IMG/VR virus record: IMGVR_UViG_3300028832_000131
Span: 10,105 to 74,104 of that record
Reading direction: 5' to 3' (one strand)
Length of the DNA: 64,000 bases
Source: a virus
Taxonomy: Duplodnaviria; Caudoviricetes
Every line of letters starts with the position of its first letter. Positions within the stretch are counted from its first letter, which is position 1. Under the pieces are notes generated by a model. It worked only from the letters and a program-made list of their open reading frames with translations, did not search any database and was not told where the DNA came from. The translations under genes and the position numbers were made by a program. Below, piece after piece: positions 63,452 through 64,000 of this stretch.

Positions 63452-63721
63452 TTACTTATACCAATCTAAATATCCTAATTCTTTATAACATTTTTCTTTA
63501 CCATAATCAGTAATGTCGTAAACCTCTTGATCTGTAAATTGATTTTCATATTTATAAAACTCTTCATAGCATTTATTTCTGTTTTTATCATCATATTTAT
63601 CATATTTATCTAAATTATTGAATAATTTATTGTGAATATCACACCAATATTGATAAGCATTTTCTAAATCGTGTTTTTTATAAGCATTTTTGCATTTATC
63701 AACTAATTTTTGATAAGTCAT
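63452..63721 (-). CDS. Hypothetical early protein
   Basis: 89 aa; GAGGTG RBS. Confidence 0.6.
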   Translation of the reverse strand: MTYQKLVDKCKNAYKKHDLENAYQYWCDIHNKLFNNLDKYDKYDDKNRNKCYEEFYKYENQFTDQEVYDITDYGKEKCYKELGYLDWYK

Positions 63722-63820
63722 AGCTTTTTCACCTCAATTCGCTAACATTTTATCATCTGTTTTCTCTAATTAACCCGCTTTTATGAAAATAATTTATATT
63801 TTTCTTAATTTCTTCATATA

Positions 63821-63940
63821 TACGCACGTACGGGAGAAGATTTTTAATCAATTTCACACGCACACGCACGCACGGAAGAAGATTTTATACATATAAGGAA
63901 GGCGAAGGAAGATTTTTTTAAAAGAGAAGATTTTTTTATT
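63821..63940. repeat. CGCACG-rich plus (G/A)GAAGATT motif cluster (B)
   Basis: Four GAAGATT-ended units; matches 18141-18244. Confidence 0.7.
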
Positions 63941-64000
63941 TTTTTTCTTTTTCTCCATTTCTTTTTTTATCTTTTTTCTTTTTTTTGGATCTTCCTTCTT

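Larger units (their letters stand above)
47371..64000. mobile_element. Replication/terS/early region of a related, diverged phage (phage B)
   Basis: Gene-by-gene homologues of 1-18.3 kb in the same order: HTH, rep, ERF, SSB, NTase, GT2, terS, resolvase, leftward island. Confidence 0.92.

Overview
The window is entirely AT-rich (about 30% GC by eye) tailed-phage DNA of a Bacillota-type host, read in standard code 11. I found no host genes, integrase or att site. It holds about 1.35 genome lengths of a ~47.3 kb siphovirus gene order. Positions 1-47.4 kb run: Cro-like HTH, replication and recombination genes, nucleotidyltransferase and GT2, terS, a 9 kb leftward early island (serine resolvase plus ~25 small genes), a noncoding region, a RepL-like gene and HTH genes, terL, portal, tRNA-Trp, head and tail, lysis, then a 7-gene cassette of unknown function. 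Positions 47.4-64 kb repeat the first third of this order in a diverged relative. A manual motif scan puts the boundary between the two genomes near 37 kb, not 47.4 kb, because GATC and AGCT are essentially absent before 37.3 kb and common after it. The best leads are: an antisense RNA unit in front of the replication initiator, conserved in both copies, which with the resolvase and RepL suggests a non-integrating plasmid-like state; a half-length DnaN (beta-clamp)-like protein; a possible SAM-lyase-like protein and many very acidic mini-proteins in the early island; glycosylation genes, one directly after the capsid gene; a family of small genes with conserved flanks around a hypervariable core; a ~230 nt structured RNA candidate; and the post-lysis cassette. 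Family assignments come from recognising motifs by eye, not from database searches.
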